A stretch of DNA of 64,000 nt from Blastocatellia bacterium (GTDB lineage Bacteria > Acidobacteriota > Blastocatellia > UBA7656). Made by a program: the position numbers and the translations under genes. The DNA lies in assembly GCA_963726785.1 (NCBI GenBank), contig CAVSDJ010000007.1, forward strand, positions 2,484,615 to 2,548,614. The letters run 5' to 3'. Within the stretch, counting starts at the first letter, position 1; each line of letters starts with the position of its first letter. Under the pieces are notes generated by a model. It did no database searches, was not told the DNA's origin, and saw only the letters and a list, made by a program, of their open reading frames with translations. Of this stretch, positions 40,348 to 51,423 are shown in pieces.

Positions 40348-40635
40348 ATGAGAGAAGAACAGACAAGCGCAGGAAATATCGGCGGGTACAGTCGAGTCTG
40401 CCCGTTTTGCGGTTCTCCATCGCCTGAACTGCGATGCCCTACGTGCGGACTGGACACGACAGCGCCGCGACGGCCTTGCCCTAATTGCAAGCGAATGATA
40501 CCGACCGCCAATACGTTTTGCTCAAACTGCGGCGCGAAGTTCAAAGGCGAGATGCGTTGGAAAGTTCCGCTGATAATTCTGATCTTTGTCATCTTTTTCA
40601 TCCTCAGCGTTTTGATAAGAGTGCTAATGGGATGA
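40348..40635 (+). CDS. double zinc ribbon protein with C-terminal TM helix
   Basis: CPFCG, CPTCG, CPNC, CSNCG. Confidence 0.75.
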   Translation: MREEQTSAGNIGGYSRVCPFCGSPSPELRCPTCGLDTTAPRRPCPNCKRMIPTANTFCSNCGAKFKGEMRWKVPLIILIFVIFFILSVLIRVLMG

Positions 40636-40889
40636 CGCGGCAAATGACGCCGCGTCTCAAAGCCTGACTCATCATTTCGTACCTGTTCTTGTTGCTTTCG
40701 TTCCAAAATTCAGAGCCTTCATACCAAAACCGTTGCCTTCCAACATCACCCGGCTTAAGGTCAACGCCGAAGCGCGAGAGGCGCGAGCGCAAAAACACAC
40801 ACAGGTGAATGCCTGACGCAAGTGTCCTTGATCCGGATGCGTCTCGCGCCTTGAGCGTCCCATCTTTTTCACAGAGGGGTCGACTACTG

Positions 40890-42251
40890 ATGGCTACCGT
40901 TACTCATTTGAAAGCCGTTGAAACCGAAAGCGCGCGTGATACATCGGGCATCGGCGGCCACCCGCGAGGCTTGACTACTCTTTTCTTCACAGAGTTCTGG
41001 GAGCGATTCAGCTATTACGGCATGCGCGCAATACTCGTGCTTTACATGGCTGCGCCTGCGTCTCAGGGCGGGCTTGAATTCGATACCGCGAAGGCCACAA
41101 GCATCTATGGCACATACACGATGTCTGTCTATCTGACATCTCTGCCGGGCGGCTGGCTGGCAGACCGTTTATTAGGCGCGAGGCTGGCTGTGCTGTTAGG
41201 CGGCATCACCATCGCGCTCGGCCATTTCGCTATGGCAGTTGATTCGATGTCGTTTTTTTACGGCGGCATGATCTTGATAGCTATAGGCACGGGCTTGCTC
41301 AAGCCTAACATCAGCACGATGGTCGGCGGCCTCTACGGCGAAGACGACCCGCGCCGCGATGGGGGCTTCTCGATTTTTTACATGGGAATCAATCTCGGCG
41401 GCATGGTCGCCGCTCTCGTGTGCGGCTATCTCGGACAGCGAGTCAATTATCACGTAGGTTTCGCAGCCGCAGGTGTAGGCATGGTGTTTGGCCTCGTTCA
41501 ATACGTAGCTCATCGCAAGCGACTGGCTAAGGTCGGCGCTCGAAACAAGCGGGCGAGCGAAGAAAAGACAGTCATTATCAAGCAGCCTATGACAGCAGAA
41601 GAAAAGAAGAGGTTGGTCGTCATAGGCTTTCTGTTTCTGTTTTCGATTCTATTCTGGACAGCATTCGAGCAGACAGGGTCGAGCTTCAATCTTTTCGCCG
41701 ACCGACAAACCCGCAACCAGATATTCGGGTATGAATTCCCTTCGAGCTGGTTTCAATCCGTCAACTCGTTCTTCATCCTCGCGCTTGCTCCGGTATTTGC
41801 TTGGCTGTGGGCGCGATGGGGGAAACGTCAGCCTTCAAGCCCTTCCAAGTTTTCGTTCGCCCTGCTGTGCGCCGGTTTGGGTCTGTTCATAATGGCACTT
41901 GCCTCATCGCTAACAAGCTCAGGCAAAGTCAGTCCCCTGTGGCTCGTCGCGCTTTATTTTATTCACACGGTCGGAGAACTTTGCCTCAGTCCGGTTGGCC
42001 TCAGCACTGTAACAAAGCTTGCGCCAGCGAGAATGGTCGGGCTGATGATGGGCGTGTGGTTTCTTTCGATTGCGATTGGCAACAAGTTCGCAGGGTGGGC
42101 GGCAGGCTTTTATCGCGACGATGCGGGCGCTCTGTTTCGATTATTCGGAACGCTTGGTCTGGTAACCATTGCGGGCGCGGTAATGGTGGCTTTGTTGACT
42201 CCGTTCATTCGTCGGCTCATATCGGGTCAGTCGGCGAATGCGAATCAGTAG
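40890..42251 (+). CDS. POT family proton-dependent oligopeptide transporter
   Basis: GHPRGL..FFTEFWERFSYYGMR, GLLKPNIS, FYMGIN. Confidence 0.95.
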   Translation: MATVTHLKAVETESARDTSGIGGHPRGLTTLFFTEFWERFSYYGMRAILVLYMAAPASQGGLEFDTAKATSIYGTYTMSVYLTSLPGGWLADRLLGARLAVLLGGITIALGHFAMAVDSMSFFYGGMILIAIGTGLLKPNISTMVGGLYGEDDPRRDGGFSIFYMGINLGGMVAALVCGYLGQRVNYHVGFAAAGVGMVFGLVQYVAHRKRLAKVGARNKRASEEKTVIIKQPMTAEEKKRLVVIGFLFLFSILFWTAFEQTGSSFNLFADRQTRNQIFGYEFPSSWFQSVNSFFILALAPVFAWLWARWGKRQPSSPSKFSFALLCAGLGLFIMALASSLTSSGKVSPLWLVALYFIHTVGELCLSPVGLSTVTKLAPARMVGLMMGVWFLSIAIGNKFAGWAAGFYRDDAGALFRLFGTLGLVTIAGAVMVALLTPFIRRLISGQSANANQ

Positions 42252-42445
42252 CCTTGGTGTCGGCGCAGAGCGCGCGCTGACGACAGGGCTACTGATAATA
42301 CCTTGTCACACGTATTTATTGGTTCGTCCCCGAAGCCGAGACCTTTATCCCAAACCTCTTCTCCTTTTATTATGTGACCGATAGTATTATTATTTAACAA
42401 ACACAAGCTTTCTCCAGCGCCGTGCCCGGACAGGGAGGTTTTGAA

Positions 42446-44050
42446 ATGCAGGTTATAAGCATTGAATACTTGCGCGCGACGAGCCGGACAACTCGATTTA
42501 TAATTGCCTTTGCAATACTCGTCGCGATGGCGGGTTCGCAAGCCGTGGCTGCTGCGCCAGAAGAGCAGAAGGTAAAAGACCCGAATAACAAGATTTACCG
42601 CGAAGGCTTGAAGGCCATGCGCGCGGGTCGTTATGAAGACGCGATAAAAATCTATCGCGAAATTCTTGGCCGCGACAGCAGCGACGTGCAGGCTCACCTG
42701 CTGACTGCGCATGCGTATCTCAAGAATCAAAATTATCGCCTCTGCTTTGACGAAGCTTCGGAAGCGCTTAAACTCGACCCGAACAACGCGCGCGGGTACG
42801 CGCTTCGAGCTTCGGCCCTGCTTCGCTCCGGTCATATTAATAACGCAATCGAAGCACTCCGTCAGGCTTTCAAGTTCGACCCAAAAGAGCCCCTGGCTTT
42901 CTGGGCCGCCGCAGAGATTGATTACTACGATGGCCGTTCTGCCGACGCTCGCTCGCGAGCTTACCAGGCGCACCTGCTCGACCCGGAAGAGCCTGATTAC
43001 GTGTTGACGTTTGCTCACGCTTCGTCGCGGATCGAGATGTTCAAGGATGCGGCAGATGCGCTCAAGCTTTTTCTGCAACTCGCGCCTAAGAACGACACCG
43101 ACCGCCGCGATTCAATAGAAGGATTGATTCGGTTCTATACCAGGCTGGCCGGATTGAAAGTTCACGAAGTGAGCGGGCCGAAGGTCGCTGATATTGCTTT
43201 CCAGTTGCGCTCAGACCGCCGTCCCTACTTGCGAATAAAGATCAACGGGCGCGACGCGACTTTTGTGATAGACACAGGCTCAGGCTTTACGGTCATCTCT
43301 GAAGAGGCTGCGAAACGGCTCGGCGTTTCCGAAGTGTCGCGCGGAGGCAAATCTCAGGCGTTTGGCGGCGACGGGAAGTTCAAGATAGTCTACGGCCTTG
43401 TCAAATCGCTTGAGATGGGCAATGTGAAAGTGAAATCGGTTCCGTGCTACATCCGCCATTTTCATGTTGCCGACGGGACTGACAAAGGCGAACAGGCCGA
43501 CGGCTATATCGGATTATCTGTTCTGTCGCACTTCTTGATGGAGCTTGATTACAAAGAGCACGTGTTGCGACTCGACCGCAGCGAGAACGCGACTTTGACG
43601 GCCCCGCCTTCCGCGACAGTGGTTCCTTTCCGCAGAACTCACAACGGGTTGATAAGCATCGAGACGGAATTCGAGGGCAACCGGCATATAAATGCGATAC
43701 TCGATTCGGGCGCAAGCTCGTCGGTTATCTCTTCCGAAGCCGTACAGCGATTAAACATGAGCGAGCAGATAATCAAAGGCGAGACTACGCGAGTATTCGG
43801 CGCGGCGGGCATAGCCGATAACGTCGCCCTGCTGTTCATTCGCCAGTGCCGAGTCGCCAACCTTCAGCGTGAAAACATTCGCGCGCTGGTGTTGGACTTT
43901 GGCGCGATCAATGAAACTTCCGGGTTTGAGCAGAGCGGGATACTCGGCGGCGATTTCATGAAGAACTTTCACATCACGATAGACTTCAATCGCTCGCTAG
44001 TGGCCTTCATCCCTCATGCGGAAAGCGGCTCGCGTCTCAATTATAGATGA
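42446..44050 (+). CDS. TPR protein with two retropepsin-like aspartyl protease domains
   Basis: TPRs, FVIDTGSG...GYIG and AILDSGAS...GILGGD. Confidence 0.85.
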   Translation: MQVISIEYLRATSRTTRFIIAFAILVAMAGSQAVAAAPEEQKVKDPNNKIYREGLKAMRAGRYEDAIKIYREILGRDSSDVQAHLLTAHAYLKNQNYRLCFDEASEALKLDPNNARGYALRASALLRSGHINNAIEALRQAFKFDPKEPLAFWAAAEIDYYDGRSADARSRAYQAHLLDPEEPDYVLTFAHASSRIEMFKDAADALKLFLQLAPKNDTDRRDSIEGLIRFYTRLAGLKVHEVSGPKVADIAFQLRSDRRPYLRIKINGRDATFVIDTGSGFTVISEEAAKRLGVSEVSRGGKSQAFGGDGKFKIVYGLVKSLEMGNVKVKSVPCYIRHFHVADGTDKGEQADGYIGLSVLSHFLMELDYKEHVLRLDRSENATLTAPPSATVVPFRRTHNGLISIETEFEGNRHINAILDSGASSSVISSEAVQRLNMSEQIIKGETTRVFGAAGIADNVALLFIRQCRVANLQRENIRALVLDFGAINETSGFEQSGILGGDFMKNFHITIDFNRSLVAFIPHAESGSRLNYR

Positions 44051-44052
44051 GG

Positions 44053-44153
44053 ATTCACCGCAGAGACGCAGAGGACGCGCAGAGGTTACGCAGAGAGTTC
44101 TATATTTGCTTACCCTCTGCGCAATCTCTGCGCCCTCTGCGCCTCTGCGGTGA
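44053..44153. repeat. palindromic repeat (TTCACCGCAGAGACGCAGAG...CTCTGCGCCTCTGCGGTGAA)
   Basis: Imperfect inverted repeat built from GCAGAG units. Confidence 0.75.
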
Positions 44154-44178
44154 ACTCTCTGGTTTCTTTATTAAAGAG

Positions 44179-45595
44179 ATGAATATCAAGCGAAATATTA
44201 TTAAAGCAATCTTGCTGATTACAGTTCTTATCGTGTCGTCGCAAGCTTTGAGCGCGCAGGCGCAAGAGATTCACAGAGGCAAGCTACTTGAAAAAGTCAT
44301 CTGCCGGTCGGACGCGCAACAAAGCTATGCGTTGTATTTGCCGTCCGGTTATACGCACGACAGGCGATGGCCGATAATCTATTGCTTCGACCCCAGCGCG
44401 CGCGGCCAGAGGCCCGTTGAGCGTTTCAAAGACGCTGCCGAAAAGTATGGCTACATCGTCGTAGGCTCGAACAACTCTCGCAACGGCTCAACCGGAGCAT
44501 CCCAAGCCGCAGCCAACGCGATGCTCGAAGGATACGCAGGCGCGGTTCTCCATAGATGAGCGTCGCGTCTATACGGCGGGCTTTTCCGGCGGCGCGCGAG
44601 TCGCTTCGAGCGTCGGCTACGCGCTTACGGGGACAATCGCGGGAGTCATCGCCTGCGGCGCAGGTTTCCCGCAAGGCTTAAGCCCGTCGCGTTCTACCCC
44701 GTTCCCATTTTTCGGCATAGCGGGCATCGAAGATTTCAACTTTCCCGAAGTTAAGCAACTCGCGCGCGCGCTCGACAGCTACGGGATCGCGAGTCGAGTC
44801 GCGGTCTTCGAAGGCGCTCACGAATGGCCGCCTTCGTCCGTCTGCGTCGAGGCCGTTGAGTGGATGGAATTGCAAGCGATGAAATCAGGCAGGCGGGCGA
44901 AAGACGAACGGCTCATCGAAGAGTTGTTCAATAAAAACGTTGAACGCGCTCGCGGACAGGAAGCAGCCGGGAAACTCTACGATGCTTTCGTTTCTCAAGA
45001 CGCGATTGCTCACGACTTCAAAGGGCTGAAGGATGTAAGCGAATTTGAAAAGCGCGCCGCCGAATTGAAAGAGCGGAAAGAAGTAAAGCAAGCGATCAAG
45101 CAAGAGACGGAGATGGAGAAAGAGCAAAAGAGACGTGTGGATGAATTGTTCGCGCTCAGAAACTCTTTGCAAGATTCCGAATTGAGCGTCATCGCGCTCG
45201 CAGACCTGAAAAGAAATATCGCAAATCTCAGGAAGAAATTAGAAGATAAAGAACTTAGCGCCGAAAGAATCGTCGCGCGCCGCGTGCTGAATCAGGTGCT
45301 CGTGTCTCTATTTGAAATCGCGAACGAGTTGACCATTCGCAAGCAGTACGATCAGGCCGCGCAGAATCTCTCGATAGTCGTTCTCATAATGCCTGATAAC
45401 CCGCGAGCGCATTACAACCTTGCCTGCGCTTACGCGCTCAACAAAGACAAGAACCGCGCAATCGAAGCGTTAAAGAAATCGCTCGAAAAAGGATTCAACG
45501 ACCGGGCGGCCCTTGAAAGCGACAAGGAGTTGGACTCGCTCCGCGAAGATGCGGATTACAAGCGCATAGTCGAAGACCTGAAGAAGAAATCTTAG
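44179..45595 (+). pseudogene. secreted alpha/beta hydrolase (esterase-like) with C-terminal TPR, split by a +1 frameshift near 44530
   Basis: Removing one G in ATG CTC GAA G GAT gives ...MLEDTQARFSIDERRVYTAGFSGGAR...GAHEW... in frame with ORF 44864-45595. Confidence 0.8.
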
Positions 45596-45681
45596 CTGCT
45601 AATTTTTCCTTGCAAAATAATTACCCAGCCGCTAACGCAGCACAATGGGCTAAGAGTTGTCTTTCAAAAGGTCTAATTAAC

Positions 45682-46836
45682 ATGGCCTCAGTCAGTTCTG
45701 ACCACAAAAAAGATTTGCGCCATCGTGTCTTAAAGTGGGCGATCATCTTTGGCGCGTGGACGCTGGTCGGCCTGCTTATGACGAGCCAGGACTATGTTCG
45801 CCAGATTCGCGCGGGCCGCCACCCCGACTGGCAAAAAATGCTTTTCCTGGTCGAACTGCCGTTCGCTTATCTTTGGGCATTATTCACGCCGTTGCTGTTT
45901 AATCTCTCGCGGCGCTTTCCAATAGAACGCGGGCGATTGCTTCGCAACACGCTCGTTCACATAGCTGTGAGCCTGTTGCTCTCTATCATCACGATGGTAG
46001 GGTTCAGCACGGTCAACACCTTTCTGTTTGCGGCAGAATCGGAAAGATACTTCTCGTTTGCGCGCGTGGTCGCGTCTGTTTACACCTTCTTCGATTATTA
46101 CATGCTGATCTACTGGCTGATCGTGATGATAAGCCACGCGATTTATTATTACACGCGATTTCGAGAAGGCGAGCTTCGAGCTTCGCAGCTTCAAGCGCAA
46201 CTGGCGCAAGCCGAACTTCAAGCGCTCAAGATGCAACTGCATCCACATTTTTTATTCAACACGCTTCACTCTATCTCCGCGCTTCAGCTTAAAGACATCG
46301 AAGCAGCAAACCGAATGATCGCTCGGCTCGGCGATTTCCTGCGGCTCACTTTAGACAACTCCGGCGCGCAGGAAGTAACGCTTCAAAAAGAGCTTGAGTT
46401 CTTGAAGTGTTATCTCGAAATCGAAAGCATACGGTTTCAAGATCGCCTTTCGGTGAACATGGACATCGAGCCTCAGACGCTGGACGCGCGAGTGCCGAAC
46501 CTCATCCTGCAACCGATTGTCGAAAACGCAATCAAACACGGCATCTCGCCGCGCGCCGCGCCCGGGCGCATCAGCATTCGAGTCCGCCGCGCTAACGGGC
46601 TGCTCGAAATCGAGGTCGAAGACAACGGGCGCGGGCTGCAATCGAACGGAAGGGCGGGCAATAGAGTTAAAGAAGGGCTGGGCCTGTCAAACACGCGAGC
46701 GCGATTGGATCAGCTATACGGCTCAAGCTATCGCCTGGATTTGGCGAACGTTTCAGAAGGCGGGCTGCGCGTGACTCTAGAGATACCTTTGAAGGCAGTC
46801 GCGACCGGCGCGCAGTTGAATGGAGATGGCGCATGA
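45682..46836 (+). CDS. LytS/YehU-type sensor histidine kinase
   Basis: LKMQLHPHFLFNTLHSI, LQPIVENAIKHG, DNGRG, GLGL.N. Confidence 0.93.
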   Translation: MASVSSDHKKDLRHRVLKWAIIFGAWTLVGLLMTSQDYVRQIRAGRHPDWQKMLFLVELPFAYLWALFTPLLFNLSRRFPIERGRLLRNTLVHIAVSLLLSIITMVGFSTVNTFLFAAESERYFSFARVVASVYTFFDYYMLIYWLIVMISHAIYYYTRFREGELRASQLQAQLAQAELQALKMQLHPHFLFNTLHSISALQLKDIEAANRMIARLGDFLRLTLDNSGAQEVTLQKELEFLKCYLEIESIRFQDRLSVNMDIEPQTLDARVPNLILQPIVENAIKHGISPRAAPGRISIRVRRANGLLEIEVEDNGRGLQSNGRAGNRVKEGLGLSNTRARLDQLYGSSYRLDLANVSEGGLRVTLEIPLKAVATGAQLNGDGA

Positions 46837-47600
46837 AAGATGCGAAAACAATTCGTGCCCTTGTCGTAGACGACGAACCGCTCGCCCGCGAAATCATCCG
46901 CGAGATGATTCGCCGCGACTCAGAGATTTCAGTCGTAGGCGAGTGCGGTAACGGCTTGGATGCCGTAACGATGATTGAAACAGAGCGCCCTGACATGGTT
47001 TTTCTCGATATACAGATGCCCGAAATGGACGGCTTCGCGGTGATCGAAGCGGTCGGCGCGCAGGCTATGCCCGTTGTGATTTTTGTTACGGCTTACGATC
47101 AATACGCGGTGAACGCTTTCAAAGTACACGCGCTCGATTACATCTTAAAGCCGTTCGATTGGGAGCGATTCGCAGACGCATTGCTGCGAGCGAAATCGCA
47201 AATCAGACGCGAGAGCGACTTGAGCGATAAGCTCGATGCGTTGCTGCGACAGATGAGAAAAAAACATGACTTCGTCGAGCGGCTCATAATCAAAACCAAC
47301 GGGCGAGTGATTTTTTTGAGAACAGAAGAGATTGACTGGATAGAAGCCGAAGGGAATTATGTGCGCCTGCACGTCGGCAAAGATTCGTACCTGCAGCGAG
47401 ACACCATCGGCGGCATGGAAGCGAAGCTTGATCCGACACAGTTCCCGCGCATTCATCGTTCGGCAATAGTCAACATAGACCGAGTTCAGGAATTGCGGCC
47501 ATGGTTTCAAGGAGATTATTGCGTGATCCTCAGAAATGGAAAAGAACTTCCGCTCAGTCGCAACTACTGGGACAAGTTGCGCCAGATTCTAGGAAGGTAA
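46833..47600 (+). CDS. LytTR family response regulator
   Basis: VDDEPLAR, FLDIQMP, FVTAYD, RIHRSAIVN. Confidence 0.95.
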   Translation: MKDAKTIRALVVDDEPLAREIIREMIRRDSEISVVGECGNGLDAVTMIETERPDMVFLDIQMPEMDGFAVIEAVGAQAMPVVIFVTAYDQYAVNAFKVHALDYILKPFDWERFADALLRAKSQIRRESDLSDKLDALLRQMRKKHDFVERLIIKTNGRVIFLRTEEIDWIEAEGNYVRLHVGKDSYLQRDTIGGMEAKLDPTQFPRIHRSAIVNIDRVQELRPWFQGDYCVILRNGKELPLSRNYWDKLRQILGR

Positions 47601-47733
47601 TCCATCGAACAAGGATGTAACGATGAGGAGCTATCCAGCCGCGTAGCGGCGCGTGAGTTTAGCCGTGCACTGAAGTACACGGCTAAATTCAACCTGCCGC
47701 TAACGCGGCTGGGCAGGCCGAGGAGTTACAATA

Positions 47734-48636
47734 ATGATAAGAAAAATTCTCGCTTTTATAATCACCTTTACGATTGGTCAAATCGCGTTCGCTCAAAAGA
47801 TGAGCAATCAGGTGACGCTCGATTCGCTTGTAGCAGCCGAACGCGGATTTGCCAGTGCATCAGTCGCAAAAGGCACACGCGAAGCTTTCATCATGAACCT
47901 GGCCGATGACAGCACGCTTTTTCGCCCGCACGCCGTAGCTGGCAAGAAGTGGATGCTGGAACAACCCGCGCGACCGGGACTGCTGACGTGGCAGCCGATC
48001 TTCGCAGACGTATCGGCTTCGGGCGAACTCGGATACACGACAGGCCCTTGGGAGTTCCGGCGGAACGGGCCAGATGATAAAGAGGTCGCGCACGGCAACT
48101 TCATCTCGCTCTGGAAGAAGCAGGCGGATGGAACGTGGAAGGTCGTCGTTGATACAGGCATCAGCAACCCGCCGCCCGAAACGAAACCGGAAGGCGTGCA
48201 ATCCCCAGGCGTCAACTCTGCGCCTTTGAAAAGCAGGAAAATAAACGTCGCATCCGAACAAGCCATGCTGCTCGACACAGACCGTGAGTTTTCGCGCGTT
48301 TCTGAAAATAAGGGTGCGCTCTCATCTTATCTTGCTTATACGACGGATGATGTGAGGGTTTTTCGAGAAGAGAAATTTCCATTCATCGGAAAGCAAGCCA
48401 TGCAAGCATTGCTGTCTGAGCAGGCAGGGCTATTGAAATGGCAGCCTGCGAAAGCGGACGTAGCCAGAGCGGGAGATTTGGGCTACACCTATGGCATCGC
48501 AGAATTCAAAGCGCCGGGCGCGTCTAAAACAGAGTATTTCAATTACGTGAGAATCTGGAAGAGACAAGCGCAAGGCGCGTGGAAAGTCGTTTTGGATGCC
48601 TTCAATCCGTGCCCGCCGCCTCCTTCGAGTCGGTAA
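47734..48636 (+). CDS. secreted tandem DUF4440/SnoaL-like protein
   Basis: Two repeats of WQP..ADV..G.LGYT.G ... WK.Q..G.WKVV.D. Confidence 0.8.
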   Translation: MIRKILAFIITFTIGQIAFAQKMSNQVTLDSLVAAERGFASASVAKGTREAFIMNLADDSTLFRPHAVAGKKWMLEQPARPGLLTWQPIFADVSASGELGYTTGPWEFRRNGPDDKEVAHGNFISLWKKQADGTWKVVVDTGISNPPPETKPEGVQSPGVNSAPLKSRKINVASEQAMLLDTDREFSRVSENKGALSSYLAYTTDDVRVFREEKFPFIGKQAMQALLSEQAGLLKWQPAKADVARAGDLGYTYGIAEFKAPGASKTEYFNYVRIWKRQAQGAWKVVLDAFNPCPPPPSSR

Positions 48637-48653
48637 TGTGATTGGAGGAACAT

Positions 48654-48721
48654 CAGTACCGCGAGCGGTAGCGAGCGGGTTGGCTTGATCGAAGACCCGC
48701 TCGCTACCGCTCGCGGTACTG
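48654..48721. repeat. REP-like palindrome (CAGTACCGCGAGCGGTAGCGAGCGGGT...); partial copy at 37762-37799
   Basis: Perfect long inverted repeat between convergent genes. Confidence 0.85.
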
Positions 48722-48730
48722 TTTGTATAC

Positions 48731-49429
48731 TTAGCCTAGAAACTTGTACCCGACGCGATGGACAGTGATGATGTATTTCGGCTCGGCAGGCGTAGGTTCA
48801 ATCTTCTGCCGCAGTTTTGCGATGTGGTTGTCAACGGTGCGCGTGAAAGGATAGTTGTCATATCCCCAAACATCGTCCAGCAATTGATCGCGTGTGATCG
48901 TCTCGCCTCGATGCTGTATGAAATATTTCAATAACTCGAACTCGCGCGGCGACAGTTCAAGCTCTCGCCCGTCTCTTATGGCTTCGTACTTCTTGAAGTT
49001 CAGACTGACATCCCCAATCGCGTAAGACTCGATTTCGGCCACTTGGCGGGTCGCTCGACGCAGGTGAGCGCGGGCTCGCGCGAGCAGTTCCTTGATGCTG
49101 AAAGGCTTCGTCACGTAATCATCAGCGCCCATCTCAAGGCCGATGACTTTATCTATCTCTTGCCCGCGCGCCGTAAGCATTATCACAGGCGTATCTACGC
49201 CGTTGCTTCTCAACTGGCGGCACACATCAAGCCCGCTCATCTTTGGCAGCATTATGTCGAGCAGTATGAGATCAGGGTGATCTGCGAGCGCCCGATCAAG
49301 GCCTTCGCGCCCATCGCGCGCTACGAGCACGTCATATCCTTCGTACTCGAAATTGTCTCTGAGACCGAGCACCATATCCGGCTCGTCCTCAATTATTAGG
49401 ACTTTCTGCAACTTTGTATCCTCCATCAA
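48731..49429 (-). CDS. OmpR family response regulator
   Basis: [32 protein letters not shown]. Confidence 0.95.
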   Translation of the reverse strand: MMEDTKLQKVLIIEDEPDMVLGLRDNFEYEGYDVLVARDGREGLDRALADHPDLILLDIMLPKMSGLDVCRQLRSNGVDTPVIMLTARGQEIDKVIGLEMGADDYVTKPFSIKELLARARAHLRRATRQVAEIESYAIGDVSLNFKKYEAIRDGRELELSPREFELLKYFIQHRGETITRDQLLDDVWGYDNYPFTRTVDNHIAKLRQKIEPTPAEPKYIITVHRVGYKFLG

Positions 49430-51146
49430 ACTTCACTTCTTTAGTTTTGACGCTGGCGGCGCTCGCAGGGATAAGAACCGTAAACTTGCTCCCTTTGCCC
49501 GGCGCACTCTCTACGGTTATCTGTCCTTTGTGAGCTTCAACGATGTGTTTGACTAAGGCAAGCCCCAGCCCGCTCCCTTTCGTGTTGTGAACCAGCCCCG
49601 TGCTTACGCGATAGAACTTCTCGAAAATCTTTTCGTGTTCAGAACGCGGTATGCCTATGCCTGTGTCTGAGACCTCTATTGCTACGAAGCTATCGCGAGC
49701 GCGCACTCGGACGTTGATCTTCTTATCTTCATCAGAGTATTTGACGGCGTTGTTGATCAGGTTGAGCACGGCTTGCGAAATGGCGTCGCGGTCTATCGAA
49801 GCAACCGGCAGGTCGTGCCCTATGTCTGTGGCAAGCTCGAAGCCCGCGTTGACGATCTGGTACTCGTAGCTGCGAATGACTTCTTCGACCACTTCGGCCA
49901 CATCCATCTCTTGAAACTCATATTCCTTGCGGCCCGCTTCGATCTTTGAAAAATCGAGAATGTTGTTTATGAGTTGCGTGAGCCTGCGGCTCTCGTTATT
50001 TATGATGCGATAATACTCCTGCGCTTTTTCTGTTGATTTCACTCGACCGAGTTCGAGCGTTTCAGCGAACAACCTGATGAGCGCGAGCGGAGTCTTCAAC
50101 TCGTGCGATACGTTCGACACGAAAATTGACTTCGCTTGTGCCAGTTTCATCTCGCGCGATGTTGCGCGCAGCGTCAGGATTATGCCGAGCACCAGAAGCG
50201 ACAGCACGAACAAGGTCAGCATCAGGTTCTTCTGGAAGTTGTCCTTTGCCAGCGCCTCTATAGTAGTGTCTTTGTAGCCAACGGCAAGTTTCCATCTCGG
50301 AAACGCGGGTGCGAAACTCGATTTCAATTCGTAATCGCCCCACTTCGTTCTATTCGTGTATACCTCGTTATTAGTGTCGTCGAATATGCCAAGAGCCAGA
50401 GCCGAGTCGCGGTCATCTATGTCGCAACTGCGCAGCAGTTCGGGAATGATATGCGGCAGGAAGGTTTCTTGAATATAGCTCGGCTTCAAACTAAGCCCCG
50501 CGCATGCGATTGAGTCTTTGCCGTCAGCGCAAGGTAATGTGCGAAAGATGTACTCTTGAAACTGTCGCCCGTTCTTGTTGGGCGATTCCTGGCTTGAGGT
50601 TTGCCAGAAAAGATACTCGCTTTTTACGTCCGTGGAAATGCGGGTTGCGCGCGCGTTTTCAAAAGCCCAGAGCGCCATGTACGCGTCGGGGTTCTCTTTG
50701 AATTGAGTCGCCCCAATTCGCTTTAACCCATCACTCGTATGAAACAGCGCAAAACGTTTATCCATCGGCTCGCACATCCAGAAGATAAACAGGTTTTCTA
50801 TCTCAGGATGTTTGAGCTTGATCGCCGCAAAGTAGCGGTCGAGTTTTTCAAAGTTTTCAGGTTCAAGATCAGTTCTGCCTATCGAACCCAAAGTTTTTCG
50901 CGCAGTATACTTGAGATTGTCTTCGACCTTGTGAGTGATTGTCTGTAAGGTTTGCCGCAAGTTGTCCTGCACGGCAACTTTTGTCTTGCTTTCAAGATCA
51001 ACGAGCGAGCGATATTGGATGATTGAGAGGATCGTCGTTGGCAACATCAACGCCACGACTGCCAGCAATATCAGTTTCGTTCTCGAAGACAAACTAATTT
51101 TCCACCACCTGAGCATAACAACGAAGTATACACGGAAAATCGCCAT
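49389..51146 (-). CDS. sensor histidine kinase
   Basis: [30 protein letters not shown]; two TM segments. Confidence 0.93.
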   Translation of the reverse strand: MAIFRVYFVVMLRWWKISLSSRTKLILLAVVALMLPTTILSIIQYRSLVDLESKTKVAVQDNLRQTLQTITHKVEDNLKYTARKTLGSIGRTDLEPENFEKLDRYFAAIKLKHPEIENLFIFWMCEPMDKRFALFHTSDGLKRIGATQFKENPDAYMALWAFENARATRISTDVKSEYLFWQTSSQESPNKNGRQFQEYIFRTLPCADGKDSIACAGLSLKPSYIQETFLPHIIPELLRSCDIDDRDSALALGIFDDTNNEVYTNRTKWGDYELKSSFAPAFPRWKLAVGYKDTTIEALAKDNFQKNLMLTLFVLSLLVLGIILTLRATSREMKLAQAKSIFVSNVSHELKTPLALIRLFAETLELGRVKSTEKAQEYYRIINNESRRLTQLINNILDFSKIEAGRKEYEFQEMDVAEVVEEVIRSYEYQIVNAGFELATDIGHDLPVASIDRDAISQAVLNLINNAVKYSDEDKKINVRVRARDSFVAIEVSDTGIGIPRSEHEKIFEKFYRVSTGLVHNTKGSGLGLALVKHIVEAHKGQITVESAPGKGSKFTVLIPASAASVKTKEVKFDGGYKVAESPNN

Positions 51147-51423
51147 TCAAATATGCGATAGATTGTAAAAAATTGTAATCCTGCGAAAGACATCTTTTTA
51201 CAGCATTTGACAACCTGTTGATGACTTGCGCAAGTCACAATTCATAGTATTGCTCAACTCTTCGAGAAAGCCGCAGGGCGCAGCCGAGCACAGGGCCTAC
51301 ACCTAGAATTGCCTGCTGCGCTTCTGCGGTTCGTTTCTTAATTGGCACGCGCTGTAGATATTGAAGTGGCACTTGTCTATCGAATGCTCTGAGGTAGGAT
51401 AGTCGGCAGAGGAGCGAAAGACA

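Noticed and set aside
44047-44178. N-terminal extension MRIHRRDAEDAQR... of the esterase ORF
   Set aside because: It is translation of a palindromic repeat; the signal peptide starts at 44179.
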